Source: an uncultured Myxococcales bacterium
GTDB lineage: Bacteria; Myxococcota_A; UBA9042
NCBI GenBank assembly: GCA_903896545.1
Contig: CAITYF010000204.1
Coordinates: 21,143-85,142, forward strand
DNA length: 64,000 nt
Direction: 5' to 3'
Part shown: positions 10,047 to 20,194 of the stretch, one piece after another
Position numbering within the stretch: the first letter of the stretch is position 1
How the letters are laid out: the number at the start of each line of letters is the position of its first letter
Program-made: the position numbers and the translations under genes
Notes under the pieces: generated by a model
Seen by the model: only the letters and a program-made list of their open reading frames with translations
Told to the model about the DNA's origin: nothing
Databases searched by the model: none

Positions 10047-11756
10047 ATGACTGTGATGTCCAAAGTGGTGCTTGACGCCCGCGCGGGTACGCAAGCGGTG
10101 ACCGATCTGCCGGCAGGAGCCGAGCTGCAGCTGAAGTTTGCGACGCAAATCAGCGCCGATGACGCGCGTGCGTGGGCAGCGCAGAAACCCAAAGCCGGCC
10201 ACCTGACGGCGCTCGTTGATCTGCCCGAAGCGGCGCGCCTCAACGTGCAGGCATGGCTGAACGCGCTGCAGCCCGATGTGGTGGAATTGCGTCTGCCCGC
10301 GTGGTCAGAAGTGGGAATGGCGGCGATCGGCTGGCCTGCGGGTCTGGCGGTTTTGCAGAAGACGCTTGCCTCACTGGCAACGGCGCAACAAGTCACCACT
10401 CGGTTGTCCCTGCACGTTTCGTCTCTCACGCTGCCCGAACTCACCGCCGATGCGCTGAACGTTCTGGCGACCGAGGCGGGACTCGACGCGCTGACGGTCG
10501 TGCTGCGTCCCGTGTTGGGCGACCACGCGCCGGCACTGAACACGCTGGCGCAGGCGACGGTCGCGCTCTGGCAGAGCAACCATGCCGTCACAGCGTCGCG
10601 GCTCCTGCCAGCTTGCGCGATCCCGGAAGGTGTTGACGGTGACGCGACGTTTGCGAGTGAACGCGCGGCGGCGCGGCAGTCGTTCACGGCGGAATGTGCG
10701 CGTTGTCCGGCTCGCGATACCGGACGTTGTGACGGAATGGCCGCCGACCTGCTGCGCGCAACAACGGCTGCAGGCATCACGTGGACCGGCTGGGAGACGC
10801 TGGAGACCCATCGCGAGCCCGTGATCATTGTTGCCGAGCCCAACGAGACGCTGGAAGAAATGGCGCTGCGTTTGGGGCTGCGGCGTGTGTGGCGAAGCGA
10901 GTTGCCCGCAGCCGAAGCAGAAGTGCTGGGCGCGCACCCGCCTCCGGGTCTGGTCGTCCTCGCGGGCGCGCACGTCACGCTGGATCCGGAGGCGACTTTG
11001 CAGGTCGGTCTGCCCGATGCGAACGCGCAGATCCTCTATCTCGCACGCGAGCTTGCCGACGCGGAAGCAGCGCGCGTCGCAGATGAAGCAGCTTCGAACC
11101 CTGATCCTGATGTGGTAACTGCTGCCCATCGCGAGCTGGGCGCGTTGCTCGGCTACCCGGACTGCTGCGTCACTGCATTTCTGGAAGCGCGCACGGAGCG
11201 CCAAGCAGCCGGCGTCAACAGTCCCGCCGAGCACGCGTACGCCGTCGTTCGTGCCGGGCGAGCCAGCGCGCGTTTGGACCGGCGGCTCAACTTTGGGTCA
11301 CCCATCGACGACGCCTGCTTGGTGCGGCACGTGCCCTGTGCGTTCGACTGCGCGGCGTCGTTGGCGCACGTGCAGGAGCTGGAGTTGGAGCTCGCGCGCA
11401 TCGCCCCCGGTCGGCTGGAGACCAAGCTGGCGCTGCGGGTCGATGCCGCGCTGGTCTTTGCGGACAGCGCGCACATCCCGTTTCGCGGCGCACTCACCCC
11501 TGAAGGTGGTCTGCAGTCACCCGTGGTCGTCAACGAGTGGGACAGCAATACGCCGCGGGGTCGGCTGGCACAGCGTGCGTGGGAGGCCATCGCCTCTCAA
11601 GTCGGAAACGCGGATAGCCTCACACCCACACACGCGTTTGCAGGTCCAGGCGGCGTCACCGTGAAGCGCGCAGACGGCACGGAAGAGGCGCTGACGATCG
11701 GCGACCTCTCCTCTCATCCTGATTTTCCCCGTCTCGTGGTTTTTTCCGCAGACTGA
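10047..11756 (+). CDS. Hypothetical protein: degenerate radical-SAM-like N-terminal half plus DUF483-like Cys domain
   Basis: ATG at 10047 preceded by GGAGG. Motifs LPAC...C-x2-C-x7-C-x-G, ELGALLGYPDCC and RHVPCAFDC. No CxxxCxxC motif. Confidence 0.6.
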   Translation: MTVMSKVVLDARAGTQAVTDLPAGAELQLKFATQISADDARAWAAQKPKAGHLTALVDLPEAARLNVQAWLNALQPDVVELRLPAWSEVGMAAIGWPAGLAVLQKTLASLATAQQVTTRLSLHVSSLTLPELTADALNVLATEAGLDALTVVLRPVLGDHAPALNTLAQATVALWQSNHAVTASRLLPACAIPEGVDGDATFASERAAARQSFTAECARCPARDTGRCDGMAADLLRATTAAGITWTGWETLETHREPVIIVAEPNETLEEMALRLGLRRVWRSELPAAEAEVLGAHPPPGLVVLAGAHVTLDPEATLQVGLPDANAQILYLARELADAEAARVADEAASNPDPDVVTAAHRELGALLGYPDCCVTAFLEARTERQAAGVNSPAEHAYAVVRAGRASARLDRRLNFGSPIDDACLVRHVPCAFDCAASLAHVQELELELARIAPGRLETKLALRVDAALVFADSAHIPFRGALTPEGGLQSPVVVNEWDSNTPRGRLAQRAWEAIASQVGNADSLTPTHAFAGPGGVTVKRADGTEEALTIGDLSSHPDFPRLVVFSAD

Positions 11757-11768
11757 GCGACGCGAAAT

Positions 11769-14483
11769 TTAGCCCAGCGCCTCACCGACCTTGGCAAAGA
11801 ACGCCGCTGCAACTGCCGCAACGTCTTCGGGCGCCTTGCCACCTGCTTGCGCGAAGTCCGGACGACCGCCGCCGCGACCGCCCAGGAGAGGCGCGAGCGC
11901 CGCAACCGTTTGGCCCGCCTGCACGCGCGCCGTGAGGTCCGCCGTCACCGCGACCAGAAGCAGCGCCTTGCCGTCGCCCAGCGTCGACAGCAGGCATACC
12001 ACGCCCGAACCGAGCTGGTCGCGCGCCTGATCCGCCAGCGTGCGCAGACCTGCGCCTTCCGCACCGTCAACTACGCGGAACACCGCCTTGTGGCTGCTAA
12101 AACTCTGTTCCTGGTTCTGACCGCCGGTGGTCTGACCCGACAGCGCCTTGTGCTTCCACTTCTCGGCGTCGTCGCGCGCGATCTTGACCTGTTCGGCGAG
12201 CTTCTCCACGCGTTCGGTCAGCTGCTCCGGCGTCGTGTTCAAGCGCCGCGACACCTGCTCCAGCGCCGCCAAACCGTCCTGCACGTACTGGAGCGACGCC
12301 TCACGACACACCGCTTCCACCCGCCGCACGCCCGCGGAAACCGCCGCTTCGCTGACGATCTTGATGAGCCCGATGTCGCCCGTCCGCAGCACGTGAGTGC
12401 CGCCGCAAAGTTCAACGGAATCAGCCAGCTTCATGACCCGCACGACTTCACCGTACTTGTCACCAAAGAACGCCAGCGCACCGCGCGCCACCGCGTCGTC
12501 CATGCTGGTCTGCGCCACGTCCGCCGCGGCATTTTGGAAGACACGCGCGTTGGCGTGTGCCTCCACCTGACGAATTTCCTCGTCGGTCAGCGCCGCGTAG
12601 TGGCTGAAGTCAAAGCGCAAACGCCCCGGCTGCACCAACGAGCCGCGCTGCTTCACGTGGTTGCCGAGAATATCGCGCAGCGCCTTGTGCAGCAGATGCG
12701 TCGCCGAGTGGTGCGCGCGAATGCTCGATCGCCGCTCCTGATCAACCTCTGCGATCACCGTTTCCCCCGGCCACAGCGTACCCGCATCGACGGCAATCTT
12801 GTGCAGGAACAGGCCAGTCGGCGTCTTCTGCGTGTCCAACACTGTGGCGTGACCGCCTTCGGTCCAGTACAGCGCGCCGTGGTCGCCCACCTGACCGCCG
12901 CCTTCCCCGTAGAACGGCGTTTGGTCGAGCACAATCCACGCTTCCGTGCCACTTGGCGCATCTTCAAGGATCGCTTCATCGCCCAAAAGTGCGAGTACCT
13001 TGCTGTCCGCGCGGTCGCCCTCATAGCCGACAAAACGCGTCACGTAGCCGGCTTCTGCGACCAGCTTTGCCGCTGCCTGCCAGTCCGCCGCGCCCTTTTT
13101 CCAGGACGCCTTGCCGCGCGCCTTCTGCGCGTGCATCGCCGCTTCAAATCCAGCAATATCAATGGCGTAACCGCGCTCCGCGCCGATCAGCGCCGTCAGG
13201 TCCGTCGGGAAGCCGTGCGTGTCGTGCAGGAGGAAGACGACCGCGCCGGGTAGCACCTTCTCGCCGCCCGCCGCATCGATCCGCGCCATTTCCGCCTCGA
13301 TCAGCCGAAGGCCCGATTCCAGCGTCTGCCCAAAGCGCTCCTCTTCGGTCCGCGTCACACGCGAAATGATGGGTTTGGCTGCGCCCAGCTCCGGAAACAC
13401 GTCGCTGAGCATATCCGCAACTTGGCTCGCGACTTCGTGGAAGAACAGTTGCGTCATGCCGAGCTTGCGACCAAAGCGGATCGCCCGACGCATGATGCGG
13501 CGCAGCACGTAACCGCGCCCTTCGCTGTCCGGGTAGATGCCCTCCGCGATAAGGAAAGCCGTCGCGCGCGCGTGATCCGCGATGACGCGAAACGCCACAT
13601 CGCGCTCGATTTCCGCCGTGTGGCTGACGACGTTCTCCGGGTCAAAAAGCCCGCCATACTTCACATCGGCCAGCCGTTCGGTCGTGGCAATGAGCCCCAG
13701 AAACAGGTCGGTATCGTAGTTCGACGATGCGCCTTGTGCCACGGACGCGACGCGCTCCAGACCCATGCCGGTGTCCACGCTCGGCGCGGGCAAAGACGAG
13801 AGCTTGCCGTCCTGCCGGTCATACTGCATGAACACGCAGTTCCAGATTTCGATGTAGCGACCGTCGTCTTTGGCCAGCGTGCATTCTGGACCCTGACTCG
13901 GATCCAGATCCCAGTAGATCTCCGTGCAGGGCCCGCACGGACCGGTGTCGCCCATCGCCCAGAAGTTGTCTTTCTCGCCCAGCGGCACGATGCGATCGGC
14001 CGGCAGCCCAGCGATCTTCAGCCACAGATCGCGCGCTTCCAGATCCGCGGGCACCTGCGCGTTGCCAGCAAAATATGTCGTGACCAGTCGACTCGTGTCC
14101 AACTTCAGCACTTCCGTCAGGAACTTCCACGCGTACGTGATCGCGCCTTCCTTGAAGTAGTCGCCAAAGGAGAAGTTGCCCAGCATCTCAAACAGCGTGT
14201 GGTGCCGCCGCGTGCGACCGACGTTCTCCAGATCGTTGTGTTTACCGCTCACGCGCAGGCACTTCTGCGTCGACGTCGCGGTCTTGTACGGTGCCGCGCG
14301 CGCGCCGGTGAAGTAGTCCTTGAACTGCACCATGCCTGCGTTGATGAAGAGTAGCGTCGGATCGGCCGGCGGCAAAAGCGAGTGCGAAGCGACGACTGCG
14401 TGGCCGTTTTGACCAAAGAAGTCGAGGAAAGCTTTGCGAATTTCAGCAACGGAATGGGGCGTCTTGTCCATGATCTCACTCAT
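11769..14483 (-). CDS. alaS: Alanine-tRNA ligase (alternative start at 14471)
   Basis: LLFINAGMVQFK, HHTLFEMLGNFSFGDYFK, DTGMGLER, HSATHLLH, ELCGGTH, GGGRPDFAQAGG. Confidence 0.99.
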   Translation of the reverse strand: MSEIMDKTPHSVAEIRKAFLDFFGQNGHAVVASHSLLPPADPTLLFINAGMVQFKDYFTGARAAPYKTATSTQKCLRVSGKHNDLENVGRTRRHHTLFEMLGNFSFGDYFKEGAITYAWKFLTEVLKLDTSRLVTTYFAGNAQVPADLEARDLWLKIAGLPADRIVPLGEKDNFWAMGDTGPCGPCTEIYWDLDPSQGPECTLAKDDGRYIEIWNCVFMQYDRQDGKLSSLPAPSVDTGMGLERVASVAQGASSNYDTDLFLGLIATTERLADVKYGGLFDPENVVSHTAEIERDVAFRVIADHARATAFLIAEGIYPDSEGRGYVLRRIMRRAIRFGRKLGMTQLFFHEVASQVADMLSDVFPELGAAKPIISRVTRTEEERFGQTLESGLRLIEAEMARIDAAGGEKVLPGAVVFLLHDTHGFPTDLTALIGAERGYAIDIAGFEAAMHAQKARGKASWKKGAADWQAAAKLVAEAGYVTRFVGYEGDRADSKVLALLGDEAILEDAPSGTEAWIVLDQTPFYGEGGGQVGDHGALYWTEGGHATVLDTQKTPTGLFLHKIAVDAGTLWPGETVIAEVDQERRSSIRAHHSATHLLHKALRDILGNHVKQRGSLVQPGRLRFDFSHYAALTDEEIRQVEAHANARVFQNAAADVAQTSMDDAVARGALAFFGDKYGEVVRVMKLADSVELCGGTHVLRTGDIGLIKIVSEAAVSAGVRRVEAVCREASLQYVQDGLAALEQVSRRLNTTPEQLTERVEKLAEQVKIARDDAEKWKHKALSGQTTGGQNQEQSFSSHKAVFRVVDGAEGAGLRTLADQARDQLGSGVVCLLSTLGDGKALLLVAVTADLTARVQAGQTVAALAPLLGGRGGGRPDFAQAGGKAPEDVAAVAAAFFAKVGEALG

Positions 14484-14519
14484 TGCGCGGTCCAGAACGG
14501 CATCGCGGGGCAGCGAAGG

Positions 14520-16280
14520 TTAGCGCACCGGAGCCGGAGTCGCCAGTGCTGGCTGTACCCGCTGGAGGCGATCACGCCCGGCAGACGCACGAGAATCGCT
14601 TGGCCCCGCGGCGCGATAAGCGGTGTAGGCCGCTTGGCCGTGGCGGGGATCGTGACTCAAGCGATACGCCTGTTCCAGCAGTTCGCCCGCGGGAATCCAG
14701 AGTCGCTGGTCGCCTGCCATCGTGCCCAGCGCCACGAGCGCACCGATCTCCTCGCGTCGCGCGTGGTACCGCCGGAGTTCATCCAGCGCGCGCGTCAGGT
14801 TCTGCCGCTCTTCAGACGTCATTTGCACCTGCCGCTGCACCAAGAACGTGCAGAAATTGCGATGCGCGTCCGGTCGGAGGTTCGGCTCGTTGGCGTACGC
14901 CCACGCGTAGAGCGCCCGGGCTTCTTCCAGAGGCGCACGATCGGCAAAAACCGTCAGCACCATGCCATCGACGACGCGCTCGCGCTTGACGTCTTCCAGA
15001 CGCGGCCGCAAAAACGTGTACGCCTCGCCGCGACGACCTTCACCGTCCAGCGACTCCGCGTAGCGCTTGATGAGCAGCGCCCGATGCGGCTCCGCGGCCA
15101 AATTGGTGCCCCAGAGCGTCAGCGAATCCTGCCAGAGCGTCTGCTGCGCCACCGTCAGCGCTGCCAGCCCCCCGCAGAAGGCCACGGCGAGTCCCTGGGT
15201 CGACCGCTTGTTGAGATACGGGGCAAGCGCTGTCGCGGCCAGTCCGGACAGACAGGCCAAGGGCACGTACGCATAACTGTCACAGGTGAAGCGGATGATC
15301 GGCACGAGCTGAGAGACCGGCGCGTACGTGATCGCAGCCAAACCCAGCCACCAGCGCAAGTGACGATCCTCGGCGCGCCACACGCGGACCAGCAGCGCGA
15401 TCAGGGCGATGAGGGCCAGAAGGCCGCGCCACAGCGGCGGATCGGTCAGTTGCAGGTCCGTCAGCCGAAAGTACTGCGGAAGGAGACCGCGCGGCCACAC
15501 GACGTGGCGGAACTGCAGGTCGAGGCCCTGGAACACGCCGGAGAAACGCCCCTGCAGCGTGGTCGGCGACGCGTCCAGCGTTGTGTAGCCATCGGCACCT
15601 GCGTGGGCCGCCAGAAAGAGTCCCGCGGCAAAAATCGCCCCGGCAAGGACGGTCAGCACTGCCGTGGCCAGCGCGAGACCGGGACGGCGCAGCCCTTCTC
15701 GACCCTGCAGAACCATCACGGTCCAGATCAACACGAGCGGCAAGACCACCGCCGTCGGCTTGGCCAGAAACGCTGCAAGCCCTACAAGCAACAGCCACGG
15801 GGGCACGCGATCGCGCGCGTGTCCGGCGTGCAGCGTCAGGAGAAAACCCGTGGCGTAGAGGAGATCTTTGGTGCCTGTACACCAGACCACTGGCTCGACG
15901 ACCAGCGGATGAAGCGCCCAGAGCGCGGTGCCCAGCCAAGCCGCGGGAAGCGTCGTGGTGCGCCGCAGTAGGAAGAAGAACAAAGCCGCGTTGGTCGCAT
16001 GCAGCAGCAAGTTCAGCGCGTGGAACGCTGCGGGTTGGACGCCAAAAAAAAGCGCGGTCGCACGGTAGATCGCCATCGTGACGGGAATCGGGTAACCGAG
16101 CGCCGGGGTAAAGATCCCGTCGGCGGGCCACGGAATTTGCGGTTGTACAAGAGGATTATCGCGAATGTACTGCGGGTCATCCCAGAGCACGAAGCCAAAA
16201 CCGAGCGCGCGGCCAAAGACGGCGACGACGATCGCGAAGATCGCGAGCGCTGGCCACAAGTGACGCCAATCGGTTTTCAC
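14520..16280 (-). CDS. TMTC-like / GT-C membrane glycosyltransferase with TPR-like C-terminus
   Basis: GFVLWDD..YIRDNP, FHALNLLLH, HPLVVEPVVW, RFTCDSYAYVPL, WQDSLTLW; multiple TM segments. Confidence 0.75.
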   Translation of the reverse strand: MKTDWRHLWPALAIFAIVVAVFGRALGFGFVLWDDPQYIRDNPLVQPQIPWPADGIFTPALGYPIPVTMAIYRATALFFGVQPAAFHALNLLLHATNAALFFFLLRRTTTLPAAWLGTALWALHPLVVEPVVWCTGTKDLLYATGFLLTLHAGHARDRVPPWLLLVGLAAFLAKPTAVVLPLVLIWTVMVLQGREGLRRPGLALATAVLTVLAGAIFAAGLFLAAHAGADGYTTLDASPTTLQGRFSGVFQGLDLQFRHVVWPRGLLPQYFRLTDLQLTDPPLWRGLLALIALIALLVRVWRAEDRHLRWWLGLAAITYAPVSQLVPIIRFTCDSYAYVPLACLSGLAATALAPYLNKRSTQGLAVAFCGGLAALTVAQQTLWQDSLTLWGTNLAAEPHRALLIKRYAESLDGEGRRGEAYTFLRPRLEDVKRERVVDGMVLTVFADRAPLEEARALYAWAYANEPNLRPDAHRNFCTFLVQRQVQMTSEERQNLTRALDELRRYHARREEIGALVALGTMAGDQRLWIPAGELLEQAYRLSHDPRHGQAAYTAYRAAGPSDSRASAGRDRLQRVQPALATPAPVR

Positions 16281-17536
16281 GGGTGCCTGGTGTGGGCGTG
16301 CGCCTTCAGGGCGGGCTTCGTCGGCGCCTCAACTTTCGCCGACTTTTCCGCCTCGACACGCTGCCGCTTGGGCGCGGGTTTGTCCGGCAAGGGCTCGCAG
16401 AGGTCTGCCAACGGCTGGTTCGGCGCCACCTTGGAGAACGGCAGGTGACCCTGGTTCACAGCGTCGACGAGGATCGCGTGAGCGTCTTGCACGGCCTCGC
16501 CACAGATCATGTCGACCTTGAGCGCGGTCGCGATCGCCGCCTGCCAATCACCGGCCTTGAGCTGTTTCTTGGCCTCGCGGAGCCAGATCGACTGCGGATC
16601 GGCGTCCTTTTCCGCATTTTCCGCGCCTTGACCCTTCAGGCGTTTGAGCCGCAGCGTCTGACGATCCGTTGCGCCGGTGGCAAGCTCTTGCGCCAACTGC
16701 TCCGCGCGCGGGCACGCCGTCGGATTGGCGCCCACGCGGTCTTCGGGCGAGGCATCGGCGCGCCCCTCACACAGTGCCTGCAGGTGGCCGAGGTCCACTG
16801 ACTGAAATGTGCGGTCGCCAACCGGCTGCCAGGACAGTTTGCCGCTGTCGATGTGCAGTGCCTGCGCCGACCGCTGCCACGCGGTGATCTCGCCAAAGGC
16901 ACCATCGGAGAAACGCGCGCTGGCGATCGCCAGGACCGGCACTTGCGGCCAGCCGGTGGAGACCAGTGTCCCCCATGCGGCCGCGTCGTGGCCTGCACGG
17001 GCACGCGTTGGTGGCAAGTCCGTCGGGTTGTAGTGCGCCTCCACAAACGTCGCCTCCGCCTTGCGATCGCCGGGCCACGCCGCCACGACGACGAGCTGTT
17101 TGCCCGTCTCCACCGCACGGTTGGTCTCCTCCCGATCGACCGTTTTCGTACACAGGCACACTTCGCCGATCACCGGTGGTTCACCCAACTTCTCCGCGGC
17201 GATCGTGATTTCCAGACGCTTGCTCAGCGCGCAATCGGCCGGCAGTTGATCCGCACAACTCGTCTGTGGCACGAGCGCACCGGCTTGCGCGCCCGACGCC
17301 AAACGCAGCGGTAGACTCGGCACGTGGGGCAACGCGTCGCCCAGCGTTTGACCGGCTGGCAAGTTCAGCGGCGGATCGTCTGTTGCAACTTCGGGCGCGT
17401 GCGTGGGCACGGCTTCCGTTTTCAGCGCCACCTGTTCGGTCTGCGCCGCCGGCGCTTTTGGCGTACGCCCGCAGGCTCCCAGCGCCAAGACGAGCGCCAA
17501 GACGAGCGCCAACCCCATCGTGCCTTTCTTGTGCAT
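16277..17536 (-). CDS. Hypothetical lipoprotein
   Basis: Basic N-terminus, hydrophobic stretch and lipobox LGAC. Several paired Cys. Stop overlaps the downstream start (GTGA). Confidence 0.7.
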   Translation of the reverse strand: MHKKGTMGLALVLALVLALGACGRTPKAPAAQTEQVALKTEAVPTHAPEVATDDPPLNLPAGQTLGDALPHVPSLPLRLASGAQAGALVPQTSCADQLPADCALSKRLEITIAAEKLGEPPVIGEVCLCTKTVDREETNRAVETGKQLVVVAAWPGDRKAEATFVEAHYNPTDLPPTRARAGHDAAAWGTLVSTGWPQVPVLAIASARFSDGAFGEITAWQRSAQALHIDSGKLSWQPVGDRTFQSVDLGHLQALCEGRADASPEDRVGANPTACPRAEQLAQELATGATDRQTLRLKRLKGQGAENAEKDADPQSIWLREAKKQLKAGDWQAAIATALKVDMICGEAVQDAHAILVDAVNQGHLPFSKVAPNQPLADLCEPLPDKPAPKRQRVEAEKSAKVEAPTKPALKAHAHTRHP

Positions 17537-17550
17537 GCTGCTCCGCGTCC

Positions 17551-18126
17551 TCAATCCCAATGCCTGACCAAGCCCTGCACCAACGTGCCCGGCCGCTTGG
17601 GCAAACGCAGGCCCATCGGCACCAGATCGTCCTCGCCGTCGCCCATCTTGGCTTCGCCGCGCAGGAGGCCTTCTTCCACGAACCCCAGACGCGTGTACAA
17701 CGCCCGCGCGGCCGTGTTCGTCGAGTGTACCTGCAGCGCGAGTTTCTCCAACAGCGGATTTTCATCGGCCCAGCGGATCGTTTGCGTCATCAGACGCTTG
17801 CCCACGCCGCGGTGCCACCAGGCGCGCAACACGCCGATGCTCATCGTGCCGACGTGACGGGTGCGCCAGAGATGCCCGCCGACGATGCTGCAGAGGCCGA
17901 TCACTTGACCATCGCGGCGTACCGCCAACACCAGAACGCTGTTGGACTGGTGGTGAAAACGGCCAATCAGATCGGCTTCGATATCCACGCGATCGTCAAA
18001 ATCCTCAAGCCCTTGGAGGAGAAACTCGGTTTCACCAAACACCTGCCGCTTGAACGTGCAGAGCGCATCCGCGTCCGCAAGGCCCGCGGGGCGAATCGTG
18101 TAGGCTTCTTCGGCCGGCGTGTGCAT
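17551..18126 (-). CDS. GNAT family N-acetyltransferase
   Basis: MSIGVLRAWWHRGVGKRL acetyl-CoA motif; NTAARALYTRLGFVEEG. Confidence 0.9.
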   Translation of the reverse strand: MHTPAEEAYTIRPAGLADADALCTFKRQVFGETEFLLQGLEDFDDRVDIEADLIGRFHHQSNSVLVLAVRRDGQVIGLCSIVGGHLWRTRHVGTMSIGVLRAWWHRGVGKRLMTQTIRWADENPLLEKLALQVHSTNTAARALYTRLGFVEEGLLRGEAKMGDGEDDLVPMGLRLPKRPGTLVQGLVRHWD

Positions 18127-18215
18127 GCGCAAACTTTCGCACGAAACGACCGCGGGGCAAAGGCGGCGGGTACAGAATGACGCTTGATGATGGGAAACAC
18201 GCGCCGCCAGCCGCC

Positions 18216-19100
18216 TCAGCGCGAGACGCCGTCGCTGTTGAAGTTGCCCAGGACCGTCTCGTCAGCGAGGGGAACGCCGACGTACGCGTCGCCCAGACTC
18301 CGCAAAAATACGTCCAACCGGTGCTGCGCGGCATCGAGACGCAGAACTTGCGCGCAAACGGCCGCGGAAATCCAGAGCGGATGCCCGCCGAGAGGCCCTT
18401 CAGGCGTGGCCACGATCGGCCGAACGGCAGCGGGTGACGGCTCGGCAAGAGACGCGGCCAGCAGGCGGGCGGTGACGGCACGCGACGGTACGGGACAATC
18501 GATCGGCAAGACCAACACCGGGCCAGACGTCGCGGTCAACGCGCGTTGCAAGCTGTGCAGCGGTGTGGCGTCGGGATCGCCGTGCAGCGTCGTGAGATCG
18601 GGCGTCTGATCGAGGGCCGCGGCAGGGTGCAGCACGGCGATGACCCGCGTGAGACCGTTCGCACGCAGACGTTCCACTTGACGCCGCCACAACGGTTGAC
18701 CGGCGAGGTCGATCAGCGCCTTCGGACCACCGGCGCGTCGACCGTGCCCCGCCGCGAGCAGCACCAGTGGGACGGCGAACGGCGTACGCGAGTCGCGCAG
18801 CACCAGCGTGTCGTGGTCGTCTGAGGGCAGATCCAGCGCGAACGGCGCCAAAGCCAGCCGCACCTCCGTTCGCCGCAAGCGGGCGCGCGCGCGGTCGCGA
18901 ACACGCGTCGCCGCCGCATACCGCCCCAGCGTTTCCAGATACGCGGCGGCCGCCCACTGCGTCAGCGCCCGCAAGCCGTCGCGCAAGGCGCCGTTCGGCT
19001 CCGCCAGCCACGCCGCTTCCCAAGCCGTGTGCGCGGCAAAATAAGCCGACTCGTCCCACGCAGCACCACCAGCGACAACGCGCACCTCCAAGGCATTCAC
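18216..19100 (-). CDS. DUF309-like domain fused to a MocA/MobA-like nucleotidyltransferase
   Basis: N-terminal YFAAHTAWEAAW...LTQWAAA. C-terminal LLAAGHGRRAGGPKAL, PIDCP, GGHP, GNFN. Confidence 0.72.
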   Translation of the reverse strand: MNALEVRVVAGGAAWDESAYFAAHTAWEAAWLAEPNGALRDGLRALTQWAAAAYLETLGRYAAATRVRDRARARLRRTEVRLALAPFALDLPSDDHDTLVLRDSRTPFAVPLVLLAAGHGRRAGGPKALIDLAGQPLWRRQVERLRANGLTRVIAVLHPAAALDQTPDLTTLHGDPDATPLHSLQRALTATSGPVLVLPIDCPVPSRAVTARLLAASLAEPSPAAVRPIVATPEGPLGGHPLWISAAVCAQVLRLDAAQHRLDVFLRSLGDAYVGVPLADETVLGNFNSDGVSR

Positions 19101-20194
19101 TGGGCGTCCTGACGGTGTTGCACAAGCTGCGCTGCCACGCTGATCGCGATTTCCCCCGGCAACTTGTTGCCCAGCAACCGGCCATCGGCTTGACGCAGAC
19201 CGATCGGCGCGTGCAGGCGCGACAACACGTCTTCAGCCACCCCGCGCTGACGCAGCCGCTGCTGGGTCACAGCGATCTTGGACGTCGAACCAATGAGGCC
19301 GACGAACGCCACACGCTGCGCCGGATCGCGGGTCGATTCCGGCACGCGCAGAAGCGCCTCGGTCAGGTCGCGATCCAGCGCGTGGTCGTGGGTCATCACG
19401 AGCGCGGAAGTCGCGTGCGGTGGTGGTGCCAGCGGCAGCGGTTTCCCTTGCGCGGTCAGTCGCTGCGCCGCTTGGCTATTTTGCGCCTGCGGGCCCAACC
19501 ATCCCCATGCGGCAAGCAGCCGCAGCGGCTCGGTGCAGACCACTTCAACGCCGGGAGGAAAACGCACGCGGTCGGCCCATTCGGGGCGATGGTCAACGAC
19601 GATCACGCGCCACGGCAGCGGCTGTAGCACACGCGAAAGCGCGGTGCCCACGTGGCCGCCGCCCATCACCAGCACGGTCCGCAGCGCTTGAGGCTGCTCC
19701 CGCAGCGTCTCCTCGGCAAACCGCGTTTCCAAGGGAAGGCGCGCATGAACGGCTTGTGCAAGCGCTTGGGTCAAGGCGCGTCCGTCCGCGGGCGTCACGA
19801 GGCGATAGTGCAACCAGACAACGCCGCCGCAGCATTGGCCGAGCTGAGTGCCAAGGGGATAGCGGCAAAGGCGCGCAGAAAGACCCGACGAATCAGCTTC
19901 TTCTCGAACTTCAGTGGCAGTCGGCGTCGCGGCTTCTTCGGCACTCCCACCAGCGGTCGCGTTTTCCAGTTGGGCGGCCTCACGCAAGGCTTCCTCTTCG
20001 AGGTGTCCGCCGCCAATCGTGCCTGCCAGAAGCCTACCACCGCGACACAGCAGGCGCGCACCGACGCCACGTGGCGTTGAGCCTTGCACCGACCATACAG
20101 TAACCAGCACCGCGGGTGCGGCACCTTCGGGCAGCCAATCGCCCAAGCGACCCAGCAAGCGCTGCGCCTCTGCGTCCATCGCCGCCGGATTCAT
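19097..20194 (-). CDS. xdhC: Xanthine dehydrogenase accessory protein XdhC
   Basis: GSTPRGVGA...GTIGGGHLE, LGQCCGG, MGGGHVG, MTHDHALD, GLIGSTSK, KLPGEIAISVAAQL. ATG at 20194 overlaps the upstream TGA. Confidence 0.9.
   Translation of the reverse strand: MNPAAMDAEAQRLLGRLGDWLPEGAAPAVLVTVWSVQGSTPRGVGARLLCRGGRLLAGTIGGGHLEEEALREAAQLENATAGGSAEEAATPTATEVREEADSSGLSARLCRYPLGTQLGQCCGGVVWLHYRLVTPADGRALTQALAQAVHARLPLETRFAEETLREQPQALRTVLVMGGGHVGTALSRVLQPLPWRVIVVDHRPEWADRVRFPPGVEVVCTEPLRLLAAWGWLGPQAQNSQAAQRLTAQGKPLPLAPPPHATSALVMTHDHALDRDLTEALLRVPESTRDPAQRVAFVGLIGSTSKIAVTQQRLRQRGVAEDVLSRLHAPIGLRQADGRLLGNKLPGEIAISVAAQLVQHRQDAQ

Noticed and set aside
17480-17515. 12-bp tandem repeat GACGAGCGCCAA
   Set aside because: It encodes LALV-LALV in a signal peptide; in-frame slippage with no sign of phase variation.
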